A stretch of DNA of 63,836 nt, filler included, from Octopus bimaculoides (Eukaryota): assembly GCF_001194135.2 (NCBI RefSeq). It is 7 parts of 7 records of this genome, joined end to end, with 100 filler letters (N's around TTAATTAATTAA, not from the genome) between each part and the next. Parts side by side here need not be neighbours in the genome. Positions count along the whole stretch, not along the records: positions 16,833 to 46,430 come from NC_068989.1; 6 more parts are not named here. One strand, given 5' to 3'. This document shows positions 22,301 to 34,899 of the stretch, piece after piece. Each line of letters opens with the position of its first letter. The stretch's first letter is position 1. Both the position numbers and the translations under genes were made by a program. The notes under the pieces are model-generated. The model saw only the letters and a list, made by a program, of their open reading frames with translations, had not been told where the DNA came from and did no database searches.

Positions 22301-22790
22301 CTAGCTTAAAAGCCGCACTCCGTGATGACTTTTGTACTAGCTTCTGCGGAGGGCTAAATGGACCTGCAGCCCAAAACTAAAATGAGAGATGATAATAAAG
22401 CATTTATTGGTACCCTTCTGTTTCATATTTATATCACAGAGTATCATACTTGGAGAATTTTGTATCATTGTGACACTTGGAGATCACTGTAAAGCAGCAG
22501 GATAAACAATAGTCATAGTTTTACCATTTGGTGTGGTTATGAAGAAATTGTTGCCATTGCCAACTCTGGAACAACCAACGTAAGGCTGACCATGGGAAAA
22601 GCTCTGCTGCATGAGGTGAAGTCCAGCAATTTTGAGTGATTGTCTTTGAGTCTTGGAATAAACACATTTTCTCCCTTTCCTTGTCCAGTGAGGATTGTTG
22701 CATTTGCCTGACAATCCGCCTTATTCTATTGCACAGGTTTGGAAGATCCAGATTTCTCAAAAACATGATTGGAACTTCTTTCTTCAATGT
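22301..22790 (-). mobile_element. Helitron PIF1-helicase C-terminus and 3' end
   Basis: PIMFLRNLD...LCN; KTQRQSLKIAGLHL...FSHGQPYVGCSRVG...GKTMTIVYPAAL*; terminal CTAG at 22304-22301 followed by T. Confidence 0.85.
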
Positions 22791-22870
22791 CAGTTTGTGA
22801 GAAGGTATTCCAGATTCCAGGGGAATCCAAAGAGTTAAGAAACTCAGTAGTTATTATTATAGAAGATATA

Positions 22871-24085
22871 TATTAGGTCGTCAAGTATGAAATTTGTAGA
22901 AAAGAAAAAAAAAGCTTGTTAATGTTATATAAATACAAGAAATAGTTTTATTCAACAAAGTACGCCCTAATATTGTCAATACACTTTTGCCATTTTAGCG
23001 ATAGCTTGTCCAGCCCAGAACTGTAAAAGCCTGGCAATCTAGAGTCAATAAGATCTTGGAAGCATCGTCAGAATTAATTTTTTTTCCTATCAAAAAGTTT
23101 TATCCAAATTCTGGAAGAAGTGGTAGTCAGTGGGGGCAAGATCAGGGATCAGATAAGTATGGTGGATGATGGAGGACCTCCAACTCCAACTCCTGTAGTT
23201 TCGCCAATGTCATTTTCGCGATGTGTAGTCTGGTGTTGTCTTGCAATAAAATAGGAGTGGATCTGTTAACTAATCTAGGCTGTTTTTTTGTAAGTTTCTG
23301 CATCATTTGGTCCAGTTGGCTGCAATATACTTCGTCCGTGATTGATGAGCCAGATTTAATGAAATCATAATGGATCACACCTGCGCCAGACCACCAAATA
23401 CACACCATCAGCTTCTTTTGATGAATTTTGCATTTTGGACTGTGTTTTGGTGGCTTGTCTTTGTCCAACCATTGTGCTGAACGTTTACGGTTGTTGTATT
23501 GGATCCATTTCTCATCACATGTTACAATTCAATTCAAAAATGATTCATTTTTGTGATGAGAAAGTAGCATAATGCAGGCTTCCAAACGTTGCTGTTTCTG
23601 ATTTTCATTGAGTTCATGTGGGACTCACTTATCCAACCTTTTCACTTCACCGATTTGAACTAGGTGAGTCAATATTGTTTCTTTGTTAACACCAAACAAC
23701 AACGATAATTCACGGGCACTTTGAGATGGATCTGACTCGACGGTGGCTTTCAGATCGTCATTATCCACCTTTGTTTCTGGTCGACCGCGTTGCTCATTTG
23801 TGAGGTCAGTTATTAGAACGAAATTTTGCAAACCAATTTTATACTGTCTGATGTGTAATAACGTTAAAATGAAATACTCCATTAATATTCCGAGCTGTCT
23901 GTGATGCTGTATTTCCAAGAAAGAACGCATTTTTCAAAATTGTACGAATTTCCAACTTATCTATCTCTAAACAAAAATAGCAAAAAACGATTTATAAATA
24001 CTTTATAAACCGCAAAATGAGTTAGAATAAAGAAATAGATGCGTTAGCTTTCTAACAAAACATGAAGATTGTCAAAATATAATAA
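22871..24085 (-). mobile_element. mariner-family transposon remnant
   Basis: RGRP..VDNDDLKA.VESDP; IVTCDEKW; LLQDN.R.H; LHHPPY..D.APTDYHFF; stops and frameshifts; TIR-like TATTAGGTCGTC at 22871; 5' end approximate. Confidence 0.9.
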
Positions 24086-25436
24086 TAGCGCAAAATGGGC
24101 AGCTGTCAAAGTTTACCNNNNNNNNNNNNNNNNNNNNNNNNNNNNNNNNNNNNNNNNNNNNNNNNNNNNNNNNNNNNNNNNNNNNNNNNNNNNNNNNNNN
24201 NNNNNNNNNNNNNNNNNNNNNNNNNNNNNNNNNNNNNNNNNNNNNNNNNNNNNNNNNNNNNNNNNNNNNNNNNNNNNNNNNNNNNNNNNNNNNNNNNNNN
24301 NNNNNNNNNNNNNNNNNNNNNNNNNNNNNNNNNNNNNNNNNNNNNNNNNNNNNNNNNNNNNNNNNNNNNNNNNNNNNNNNNNNNNNNNNNNNNNNNNNNN
24401 NNNNNNNNNNNNNNNNNNNNNNNNNNNNNNNNNNNNNNNNNNNNNNNNNNNNNNNNNNNNNNNNNNNNNNNNNNNNNNNNNNNNNNNNNNNNNNNNNNNN
24501 NNNNNNNNNNNNNNNNNNNNNNNNNNNNNNNNNNNNNNNNNNNNNNNNNNNNNNNNNNNNNNNNNNNNNNNNNNNNNNNNNNNNNNNNNNNNNNNNNNNN
24601 NNNNNNNNNNNNNNNNNNNNNNNNNNNNNNNNNNNNNNNNNNNNNNNNNNNNNNNNNNNNNNNNNNNNNNNNNNNNNNNNNNNNNNNNNNNNNNNNNNNN
24701 NNNNNNNNNNNNNNNNNNNNNNNNNNNNNNNNNNNNNNNNNNNNNNNNNNNNNNNNNNNNNNNNNNNNNNNNNNCATATATATGTATATATATATGTACG
24801 AAATAATATTATGGAGACAACACAGGCGAAGTCTAAAAGAACATAATTGAAATACGCATCCAAAACTTATATAAATACATATATTCTCTATAAAATGGAA
24901 ATAAAATTCTAAAATGCACAAATATTTATAAATAGACAATATCACTGCAATGCATAAAATACGATTGAATTTAAATAAAAACGATTGAATTTAAGAAAAT
25001 ATCATTTGTAATTACATTTAAAATCGTACATTGTATGATGAAATAAAAAATTTAACTTGAAAGGATTAAGTATTAAAAACATTAAAACCAACGAAAGAAA
25101 AAATATATAAACATCACATCTACGGGCCGTTTGAGAGACGTGCCAAGGAATATGACATATTTCATATTACTAATCAAGGCACTCCCCTCATTAGGATGTT
25201 ATACTAAGTTCATAAATACATCTACATAACAGGGTCGGTCCACCATCAGCAGCAATGTAAGATATTATCCTAAAAAAAACCTATATTTATATAATAGTAC
25301 CTAATTTCCATATTAATTAATAGAGCCAGAAAATCATGCTAAAAGGTATGTATTAAGGTAAACCAGAAATAATATTTTATTACATGTTAATTTTTATTTC
25401 TTCGTTATTATGAAATTAGATGTCCGAGATCAAATC

Positions 25437-26830
25437 CTACTTATTTTTATTTTTACTTTTAAATATTTTTAAGACCGTGGAGTGGATTCTATGTGTACAT
25501 GCAGGTATTGTATCAGTAAATTTATTCAATATGGATTGATTACAGAGTTTTAATATAATGTATACTTCCCTGATACATAAATTGCACCTTGTGGATCCAT
25601 TTCTATATGGGTGGGGGTCGTACGCAAGAATAGACCACGATAATCTATATGTAATATCCTTTTCCTTAAGGTCATTTATATATATTGCCAATGTCGTTGA
25701 TATCTTATATTTGGGATTATTAAAGGAGCTCAGATGGCTTCTATATCTCTGTTTGAAATTCGTCGTACTTCCAATATATATCTTGTTTTGACCATTTGGT
25801 GTTTCAATTCTACATTTATATATGACGTTATGCTGGCAACAGTTTTCGTTAATCAGACATATCAAAGGGTCTCTACAATTACATTTTTTATGGGGTTTAC
25901 AAATAGCATGATTATATATATCCGTTACTGCCTTCGTTTCAATGCCAGAATTCATGATACTATTTGTACTTTTATTCGTGTTAATTTTAGATTTATTCAT
26001 TTTATTATTACCTTTATGTTATCTGCCAATCCTATATTTTTTTACATATTTTGTTTCATAAGGTGTGTTGTTTTTATTATTATCAACATTCTTATTACTA
26101 ACTTTCCCTTTATCAGGTTTAATGCTTTTACTAAATATATTGTTATCAATTCTATCATTTACAGATTTTATTTTCTTATTCATTAAAGCGATAATAGACC
26201 AGAGGTTAGGAGTTACCGAATAAGCTAATTTTATAGAGGATTTATTGCATATTGAGTAATATTTATGTTGTTTGGGAAGTTTTCTTTTAATAATTTAAAG
26301 AACAATTTTGGTAGACCTTTCACTCTTAATGAAAAGGGTGGGGCAAACCAAACAACCTGATGAATCCTAGATCTAGTATTAAAAGCTGCCTTGTATTGTG
26401 TTGTTTGACTATGATTGCAATATGTAAAGCCATTTCTATTATTATTTTTATTTTCATTCAAATCTGAAACTTTAATCATCTTAACATTGTAATTATGTTC
26501 GTATTTATTATTATTACCGTTATTAAGGCGACTATTGTGTTGTGCTGTTTGACTATGATTGCAACATGGGAAGCCATTTCCGTTTTTATTTTTATTTGTA
26601 TTTATGCTTGAAACTTTACCTAACTTAACATTATAATTATTATTACCACTATTAAGCTTATTATTAACCTTATCATTATTGATGCTACCATAAATACTAT
26701 TTTTACTATTTTTCTTTTCTACTTTACCCTTTATATGCATTTTATTAGCACATATATCGGCATTTATCGAATTAGTTTGAGTTTTAGGGGGATCAATTGG
26801 GGAGTTCATGCTATCTGAGATCAGGTTCCT
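25437..26830 (-). pseudogene. Penelope-like (Neptune-type) ORF C-terminal part with Asn-rich expansions and GIY-YIG
   Basis: VVWFAPPFS...FFKLLKENFP; after a shift KYYSICNKSSIKLAYS; CNCR...C...NVIYKC...KIYIGSTTNFKQRYRSH...CNLCIRE...ILNK...CTH; two frameshifts; RT absent. Confidence 0.9.
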
Positions 26831-27196
26831 ATTATCACACACACACACACGCGCATAAACGCGCGCGCACACACACACGCACACAAGAACGCACATATAC
26901 CTCTACATAACAACCCCATGCAACACTCACATACACACACACTCATACACACATACACACACACACACATACACACACACGCGCATACATATATGCACGC
27001 GTACACACATCAATGCACATATACCTCCCACACACAACACACACTAATACTTACACGTACACAGACGAACATACACGCACACACAGAGAGGAATGCACAT
27101 ATACTCCACACACACAACCCCACACACAACCCCATGCACACGCACATACACATACGCACGTATACACACGCACACACATAACATATACATACCAAC

Positions 27197-27370
27197 AAAA
27201 CTCTTTGTAACATCAAAGATGAACTCAAGGCTAGGATTATGGCAGCATTCACCAATTTAAACAAGGAGACCGTCCAGAAGAGTTGCAGGAGATTTTGAAG
27301 TCGTCTGGAGGCCGTGGTTGAAGCCAATGGTGATTTTATTGAATAAATTTACTCTTTAGTATTTCAAGAG
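27197..27370 (+). mobile_element. maT/Tc1-like transposase C-terminal fragment
   Basis: KDELKARIMAAFTNLNKETVQKSCRRF*SRLEAVVEANGDFIE*; same family as 30047-30830. Confidence 0.8.
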
Positions 27371-28479
27371 AGACAAAACTACTATATATATATATATCTT
27401 TCTATCTACCTATCTATCTATCTGTCTATCTATCTATCTATCTTTCTATCTATTTATCTATCTGTCTTCCTCCATCTTTCTATCTATACCTCTGTCCTGG
27501 CCTCTACTTCACTGCTATACCCTTCTGTCCCTTCCTCCTTGTTCCACTTCCTCCCTCCACCATCCTCTCTANNNNNNNNNNNNNNNNNNNNNNNNNNNNN
27601 NNNNNNNNNNNNNNNNNNNNNNNNNNNNNNNNNNNNNNNNNNNNNNNNNNNNNNNNNNNNNNNNNNNNNNNNNNNNNNNNNNNNNNNNNNNNNNNNNNNN
27701 NNNNNNNNNNNNNNNNNNNNNNNNNNNNNNNNNNNNNNNNNNNNNNNNNNNNNNNNNNNNNNNNNNNNNNNNNNNNNNNNNNNNNNNNNNNNNNNNNNNN
27801 NNNNNNNNNNNNNNNNNNNNNNNNNNNNNNNNNNNNNNNNNNNNNNNNNNNNNNNNNNNNNNNNNNNNNNNNNNNNNNNNNNNNNNNNNNNNNNNNNNNN
27901 NNNNNNNNNNNNNNNNNNNNNNNNNNNNNNNNNNNNNNNNNNNNNNNNNNNNNNNNNNNNNNNNNNNNNNNNNNNNNNNNNNNNNNNNNNNNNNNNNNNN
28001 NNNNNNNNNNNNNNNNNNNNNNNNNNNNNNNNNNNNNNNNNNNNNNNNNNNNNNNNNNNNNNNNNNNNNNNNNNNNNNNNNNNNNNNNNNNNNNNNNNNN
28101 NNNNNNNNNNNNNNNNNNNNNNNNNNNNNNNNNNNNNNNNNNNNNNNNNNNNNNNNNNNNNNNNNNNNNNNNNNNNNNNNNNNNNNNNNNNNNNNNNNNN
28201 NNNNNNNNNNNNNNNNNNNNNNNNNNNNNNNNNNNNNNNNNNNNNNNNNNNNNNNNNNNNNNNNNNNNNNNNNNNNNNNNNNNNNNNNNNNNNNNNNNNN
28301 NNNNNNNNNNNNNNNNNNNNNNNNNNNNNNNNNNNNNNNNNNNNNNNNNNNNNNNNNNNNNNNNNNNNNNNNNNNNNNNNNNNNNNNNNNNNNNNNNNNN
28401 NNNNNNNNNNNNNNNNNNNNNNNNNNNNNNNNNNNNNNNNNNNNNNNNNNNNNNNNNNNNNNNNNNNNNNNNNNNNNNN

Positions 28480-28630
28480 GGTCCGGTAAAAGAAGCCAAT
28501 TAAAAGAAAGTACCAGGCACGAAAAAGAAAGAACTGGTGTCGCTTTGTTCGATTAAAATTCTTGAAGGCGGCGCCCGAGCATGGTCGCAGACTGATGACT
28601 GAAATAGATAAAAGAACCACTAAATTCCTT
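28480..28630 (+). mobile_element. SINE 3' tail fragment
   Basis: AAGTACCAGGC...GAAGGCGGCGCCCGAGCATGGTCGCAGACTGATGACTGAAA. Confidence 0.65.
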
Positions 28631-28971
28631 TGTAAAACCCTTGTTTCCTATCTCAATAATACTATGGCCCTGAAACCTCTCGCAGTCGCTTTACCTGCTA
28701 GAAATAGCAACCCAAATGCTTTTAAATCAGATCCCCCTGCTGGATGTTCAAGAACCAAATGAAGGGCAGATTTTCAATCCTGAGATCATCCCGATTCCCA
28801 AAAGGTATAATATGTCTATGTAGAGTAAATGTAGATTAAAATGCTGGGGTCCCAGACGGTCAGACAGAAGTTCGCTTTTATTGTATAGATATATAAATAT
28901 ATATGTACATAAAAACCTACCTACACACATACACACACACACACACATACATACACACACCCACATATCAA

Positions 28972-29555
28972 TGTCAGAAAATGGAATGAACACCATCATT
29001 TGAAAATCACTACAATTGTTTCGACACATTTTTACACCTGTAGTAGTACATTGGTGAGATGTATAATCATTATCATGTATCGAAGGTGATTGCTTGAATA
29101 AGTCCTTCATTGCATCCTACCGACATTTTATTCAGTGTGAGAAGTAATTCGTCATTTTTCGGCAGTTTACAGGCAAGAACTAAATCACAGATATAGTGAT
29201 AGATAGAATACAATTATAAACAAATTACAAAATACAGTAATAAAATGGACCAGAAAAAAGTGTCAGCTCAGTGCAAAACAGAATGAAGACTAAATGAAGA
29301 ATAAAAATTAGCATTTAGAGACAATAAATCTATGGGTTTAGTTTTGTCTGTAAACTGCTGGAAATGACACATCACTTTGGGTATGTATTATCATACTGAG
29401 TAAAATGATGGTAGGATCCAACAAAGGACTTATCTAAACAATCATCTGAGGCGGATGGATGATAATGATTACACATTTAAACAATGTATTACGAGTGTAA
29501 AGATTCGTCGAAACAATTGTAGTGATTTTAGATAAAGAATGACGTTCATTCCATT
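28972..29555. mobile_element. Head-to-head inverted pair (family E), each arm with a decayed hammerhead
   Basis: 28972-29180 is a diverged reverse complement of 29341-29555; both arms carry GTC-GAAAC-AATT-GTA-GTGAT and upstream ATCAY-CT. Confidence 0.7.
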
Positions 29556-29718
29556 TTCTATCATTTAGCTATTTAGTTAAGCTCTACAGATACTATAAAA
29601 ATCCTGCTGTATATTCAGTAGCAGGAGCATTTCCACTATTATGACAGCATCAGGTAGTCAATAACTGTGGACGAGCTTTGCATAGCATTCTGTAAGTTTT
29701 TTCCTTGAATCTTATTTA

Positions 29719-29722
<4 letters not shown>

Positions 29723-29795
<73 letters not shown>
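29723..29795. repeat. (CA)n microsatellite
   Basis: Directly visible. Confidence 0.95.
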
Positions 29796-29798
<3 letters not shown>

Positions 29799-30046
29799 CA
29801 CACACGTATGCACACACGCATACTCACACGTATATGCATATGCTCACGACTATATATGTGTATGTGTGTGTGCATGCAAATGTACGCAACTAAGCATGTT
29901 TACACTTATACATTCATACATACGTCAATACATACTTATATATTCACACATACACGCACATATGTATATATATATATAATTTACATACATATATGTAATA
30001 TACATACATATATACATACATACATGCATATATACATACATATATA

Positions 30047-30830
30047 CAGAGTGCGGTGAATAAACTGCCGTCTAAATTACGCAAAAATAAGAATAACACT
30101 ACTGACATCTCATTTTAAGAGATATATTTACCAAAATTATATAAAAATATCTTGAAATACTAAAGAATAAATTTATTCAATAAAATCGCTATTGGCTGCA
30201 ACCACGGCGTCCAGACGACTTGGAATCTCCTGCAACTCTTCTGGGCGGTCTCCTTGTTTCAGTTGATGAATGCTGCCATAATCCTTCCTTCAGTTCCTCT
30301 TTGGTGTTGCAAAAAGTTTTGTTGGTCTATCGCTCAACCGCACCCCACACATAATAATCAAAGAGGTTGCAGTCTGGGGAGTTGGGTGGACAGATGTTAA
30401 CTGTGATGTGGTCTCATAAATTGTCTGACAGCCATGACTAGGTTCTCTTGCTTGTGTGGCATGGTGCAGAGTCCTGTTGCCAGATATAGGGGGTTCCAGC
30501 AGCTACCCTCTTGACCCAGGGCAGCACTACCTCCTCCAGGCACTTGATGTAGGCCTCCGTATTGAGTCTGAGGCCGTGTGGGAAGGTGGATGGAGGCACA
30601 ACGTCGACATCACTGGATGTTGACTGGATGTTTGATTTTTATCACTTTCGGTGCATGTCATCAGATTGCACTGTCCTCAGATTGACACCCAAATATTCTG
30701 AAATGTTCGTATTGGAGCTTCCGGCGCGAATGCCAAGCAGTACAGCATGTCGTTTTCAAATTTCTGGCAGAATGAATTGCTTTATAGTACTGTTTTTCTC
30801 ACAGACGGTACCCAACTAACTCTCCTATAA
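30047..30830 (-). mobile_element. Internally deleted Tc1/mariner-superfamily element (maT/DD37D-like)
   Basis: YIKCLEEVVLPWV; WQQDSAPCHT; PNSPDCNLFDYYVW; TIR TA|CAGAGTGCGGTGAATAAACTGCC at 30047; HTH piece RHAVLLGIRAG joined directly to the catalytic region. Confidence 0.85.
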
Positions 30831-31902
30831 TGTGTAGTCAACACAATCAAAAACAACCAATGAGCATGCGCGTAATTAAAAACATAAAATGGCAAAATTT
30901 ACTCATCGTAGCCTGCATATATATATATATATATANNNNNNNNNNNNNNNNNNNNNNNNNNNNNNNNNNNNNNNNNNNNNNNNNNNNNNNNNNNNNNNNN
31001 NNNNNNNNNNNNNNNNNNNNNNNNNNNNNNNNNNNNNNNNNNNNNNNNNNNNNNNNNNNNNNNNNNNNNNNNNNNNNNNNNNNNNNNNNNNNNNNNNNNN
31101 NNNNNNNNNNNNNNNNNNNNNNNNNNNNNNNNNNNNNNNNNNNNNNNNNNNNNNNNNNNNNNNNNNNNNNNNNNNNNNNNNNNNNNNNNNNNNNNNNNNN
31201 NNNNNNNNNNNNNNNNNNNNNNNNNNNNNNNNNNNNNNNNNNNNNNNNNNNNNNNNNNNNNNNNNNNNNNNNNNNNNNNNNNNNNNNNNNTCTACATATG
31301 TATGTATGTATGTATATACATCAATATAAATGTATATGTATGTATATATGTGTGTATGTAATCTATTCTCTTCTCTTTTCCAACGGTTGCTTTGATGCCT
31401 AAAAACGATATACAGACGACGTATTTATCTTCTGCATTATATCATATACAACAACTAATGCTTATCGTTGAAATTTCAGAAACGTTTTGTACACGTCTCC
31501 CTCCTCTACTCTGTTCCCCAGAAGTGTTAGCAGATAATGGATTTTGTCACCTTTACCATATCTCAGCAGAGTGAAGAACAACTCGAAACTACCAAAGCCG
31601 AAAACGTTAGAAGAATGTCAAGAATTGTTGTGCCTAATCTCACATGACATATCCATCCATTCATTCATACATACACACACACACACACACGCACACGTAT
31701 AAATACGCCATATACATACACATGTACATACACATGCAGTCATATACACACGCGCACAAACATATACACATACATATACATAGGCATACATATATATTCA
31801 TATGACAATATATATGTGTGTGTATATATATAATATATATATATATATTATATATATAATATATATAACATATAATATATATATATAATATATATATAAT
31901 AT

Positions 31903-32065
31903 AGGCGCAGGAGTGGCTGTGTGGTAAGTAGCTTGCTTACCAACCACATGGTTCTGGGTTCAGTCCCACTGCGTGGCACCTTGGGCAAGTGTCTTCTACT
32001 ATAGCCTCGGGCCAACCAAAGCCTTGTGAGTGGATTTGGTAGACGGAAACTGAAAGAAGCCCGTC
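31903..32065 (+). mobile_element. tRNA-derived CORE-like SINE 5' half
   Basis: TGGCTGTGTGGTAAG (A box), GGTTCAGTCCC (B box), CCTTGGGCAAGTGTCTTCTAC (CORE-like). Confidence 0.85.
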
Positions 32066-32066
32066 G

Positions 32067-32107
<41 letters not shown>

Positions 32108-34129
32108 ATATGTTTGTGTGTCTGTGTTTGNNNNNNNNNNNNNNNNNNNNNNNNNNNNNNNNNNNNNNNNNNNNNNNNNNNNNNNNNNNNNNNNNNNNNN
32201 NNNNNNNNNNNNNNNNNNNNNNNNNNNNNNNNNNNNNNNNNNNNNNNNNNNNNNNNNNNNNNNNNNNNNNNNNNNNNNNNNNNNNNNNNNNNNNNNNNNN
32301 NNNNNNNNNNNNNNNNNNNNNNNNNNNNNNNNNNNNNNNNNNNNNNNNNNNNNNNNNNNNNNNNNNNNNNNNNNNNNNNNNNNNNNNNNNNNNNNNNNNN
32401 NNNNNNNNNNNNNNNNNNNNNNNNNNNNNNNNNNNNNNNNNNNNNNNNNNNNNNNNNNNNNNNNNNNNNNNNNNNNNNNNNNNNNNNNNNNNNNNNNNNN
32501 NNNNNNNNNNNNNNNNNNNNNNNNNNNNNNNNNNNNNNNNNNNNNNNNNNNNNNNNNNNNNNNNNNNNNNNNNNNNNNNNNNNNNNNNNNNNNNNNNNNN
32601 NNNNNNNNNNNNNNNNNNNNNNNNNNNNNNNNNNNNNNNNNNNNNNNNNNNNNNNNNNNNNNNNNNNNNNNNNNNNNNNNNNNNNNNNNNNNNNNNNNNN
32701 NNNNNNNNNNNNNNNNNNNNNNNNNNNNNNNNNNNNNNNNNNNNNNNNNNNNNNNNNNNNNNNNNNNNNNNNNNNNNNNNNNNNNNNNTATATAAACTTT
32801 AACAGAAATTGGATTTCTAGAGATTTCTTATTTTCTTCTCTCGCACCCACTCCCTCCACTTGTCTGACACACCATACTCATTCACTCCACCTAACACTCA
32901 CATATACGCTAACATTCGCCCAGACGTTTACCTACATATATAGAAACATAAAGAACTTATTCTCTATAAAGACACTCGCACACACAAGAAAACGCGTAAC
33001 TACATAAGTCTTCGCATCTATTATCTGCCGTGACTAACCTCCCTTGTGCTGAGAAAAACAGTGAGAAAAACCGTAGCACTCATTACTATGCTTGCCAACT
33101 CATCGTATCTTTATCACCCACTGATAAGCCATCTGTTGGCTGAAAAGCGCTAATTCGTTCTATCCACTTCTATCAGTCAATTTATTTACTCACCATGCCG
33201 CTTACATTTCGTTTTGTTTTTTTTTCTCTATTTTGTCTTTTTTTTCTTGACGAAGGCAAGTATCCGAAAAGTGAGCTGTCCTAGATTTCTTCCTCATGAC
33301 GTATTACTAGTAAAGCTGTGCATCTGTTTGTTTTTGTTTTTATTTTATTGGCATTTATTTTGGAAATCTTAGATATCTTTACACGCTGAAGAAGATCTCA
33401 GTTCCAGCTACATTGGATTGTACTGGTATTAGAATTAAGAAACTGCAGACGTAAAAACTAATGTGATTTAATAACGAAGCATTGTTTGTTGCTGGTGATT
33501 CTGAATTAACATTCATTCGCTTCTATATAGATAAAACTTCATTTTCCTGTAAAAAATGTAGTGTGAGTCTGAACTCAAATTAAGAGGCAAGAAAATACGT
33601 ACTGTAGGCCATGAAAATTCTCTGCTACACCGTTAGACATCTTAATCAGCCTTTGAACAGTAAGAGACATTTTAAATAGTAGCGACTGAATTGCAAGTGC
33701 TTAAGAGCCCACGAGAAGTATCTGGGCCGAGAAAAAATGGCGTATCTTTAATTTTACAAATTTATAGCTATGTAACTTATATTAAAGTACTGTGTTGATC
33801 TTAAGGATAAACCGTTTATTTTCATAAACAGACTTCTCAACTTTTACAGACGATTCTTAATTTCGATGAGAATGAAATTTCAACCATGGTCAAGGATTAA
33901 CTCACTCTCTACTCTCGGCAAATATAGTTTTCGTTAGTCGACACAGACTTAAATTTGTTTAAAGCAGGACAAAGTTGAATGAATCGACACAATAATTCAA
34001 TAATCGACCTACTAATTAAAAAATTTCAACATTGTTTGTCAGATTATTTTGTACTGAGAAAAACAGACTCTTAGCTTGAAAAATCTTCCTTCCCTGTGTA
34101 AGTGTATTTTCTTTTTCTCTTTTAATTTT

Positions 34130-34240
34130 GAGGCGCAGGCGTGGCTGTGTGGTAAGAAGTTTGCCAACCACATGGTTCTGGGTTCAGTCCCACTGTGTGG
34201 AACGGTAGGCAAGTGCCTTCCAATATAGCCTCGGGCCTTG
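34130..34240 (+). mobile_element. CORE-like SINE 5' fragment
   Basis: Same head as 31903. Confidence 0.75.
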
Positions 34241-34697
34241 AAAATGGAGTTGGTATATAGATTATTTTGCCTGAATATAAAAACTCAATGTTGTGTGAGG
34301 GAAATCACAAAGAAGAAACGTATAGTGTTCGTATTTTCTCAAATTAATTCAGTTGATGGAAGAGAGGTTAGAGTATTATATAAGTTAATATATAAGATCC
34401 GACGCTTTGTGTTCTTGGTTCTATTATGGATAAATAGGTTAACTTAGCTTCTGAAGTTACACAGTGCAGACACACACACACACATACACACACACACACA
34501 TACACACACACACAGACATACACACACACACAAACACACACACACACACACACACAGAGCACAAATGTGTGTGTGTATATATATATGTATATTAATAAAT
34601 CTCAGGGTAGCAAAAGAGATTTTGAAATTCTTTTTGCTACCAGTGGTCTAGCGAGAAGAAAAAACTAGTCAATAGACTATTATTATTCATATAAATA

Positions 34698-34899
34698 CAT
34701 ACAGTGTACATTTAAACACATCAGAGAGATGTCCATAATAGGACATCTAACCCGCTAGAAGGAGCAGTCAAAACTTCAAACCACAATTAGGGATAATTTC
34801 AAAAGGGAATGAAAAATAAAAACATTTACCAAAAGACTGCTCCTTCTAGCGGGATAGATGTCCTATTATGGACATCTCTCTGATATGTTTAAATGTACA

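Noticed and set aside
25154-25194. CTAATGA ... GAAAT-AT-GTC on the minus strand in the Neptune 3' UTR
   Set aside because: Position is suggestive but the core is mutated and neither stem I nor II pairs; not supportable as a ribozyme.
33246-33280. TTGACGAAGG...CCGAAA motif (similar at ~38438-38470)
   Set aside because: Only a partial core; no stem I or III.
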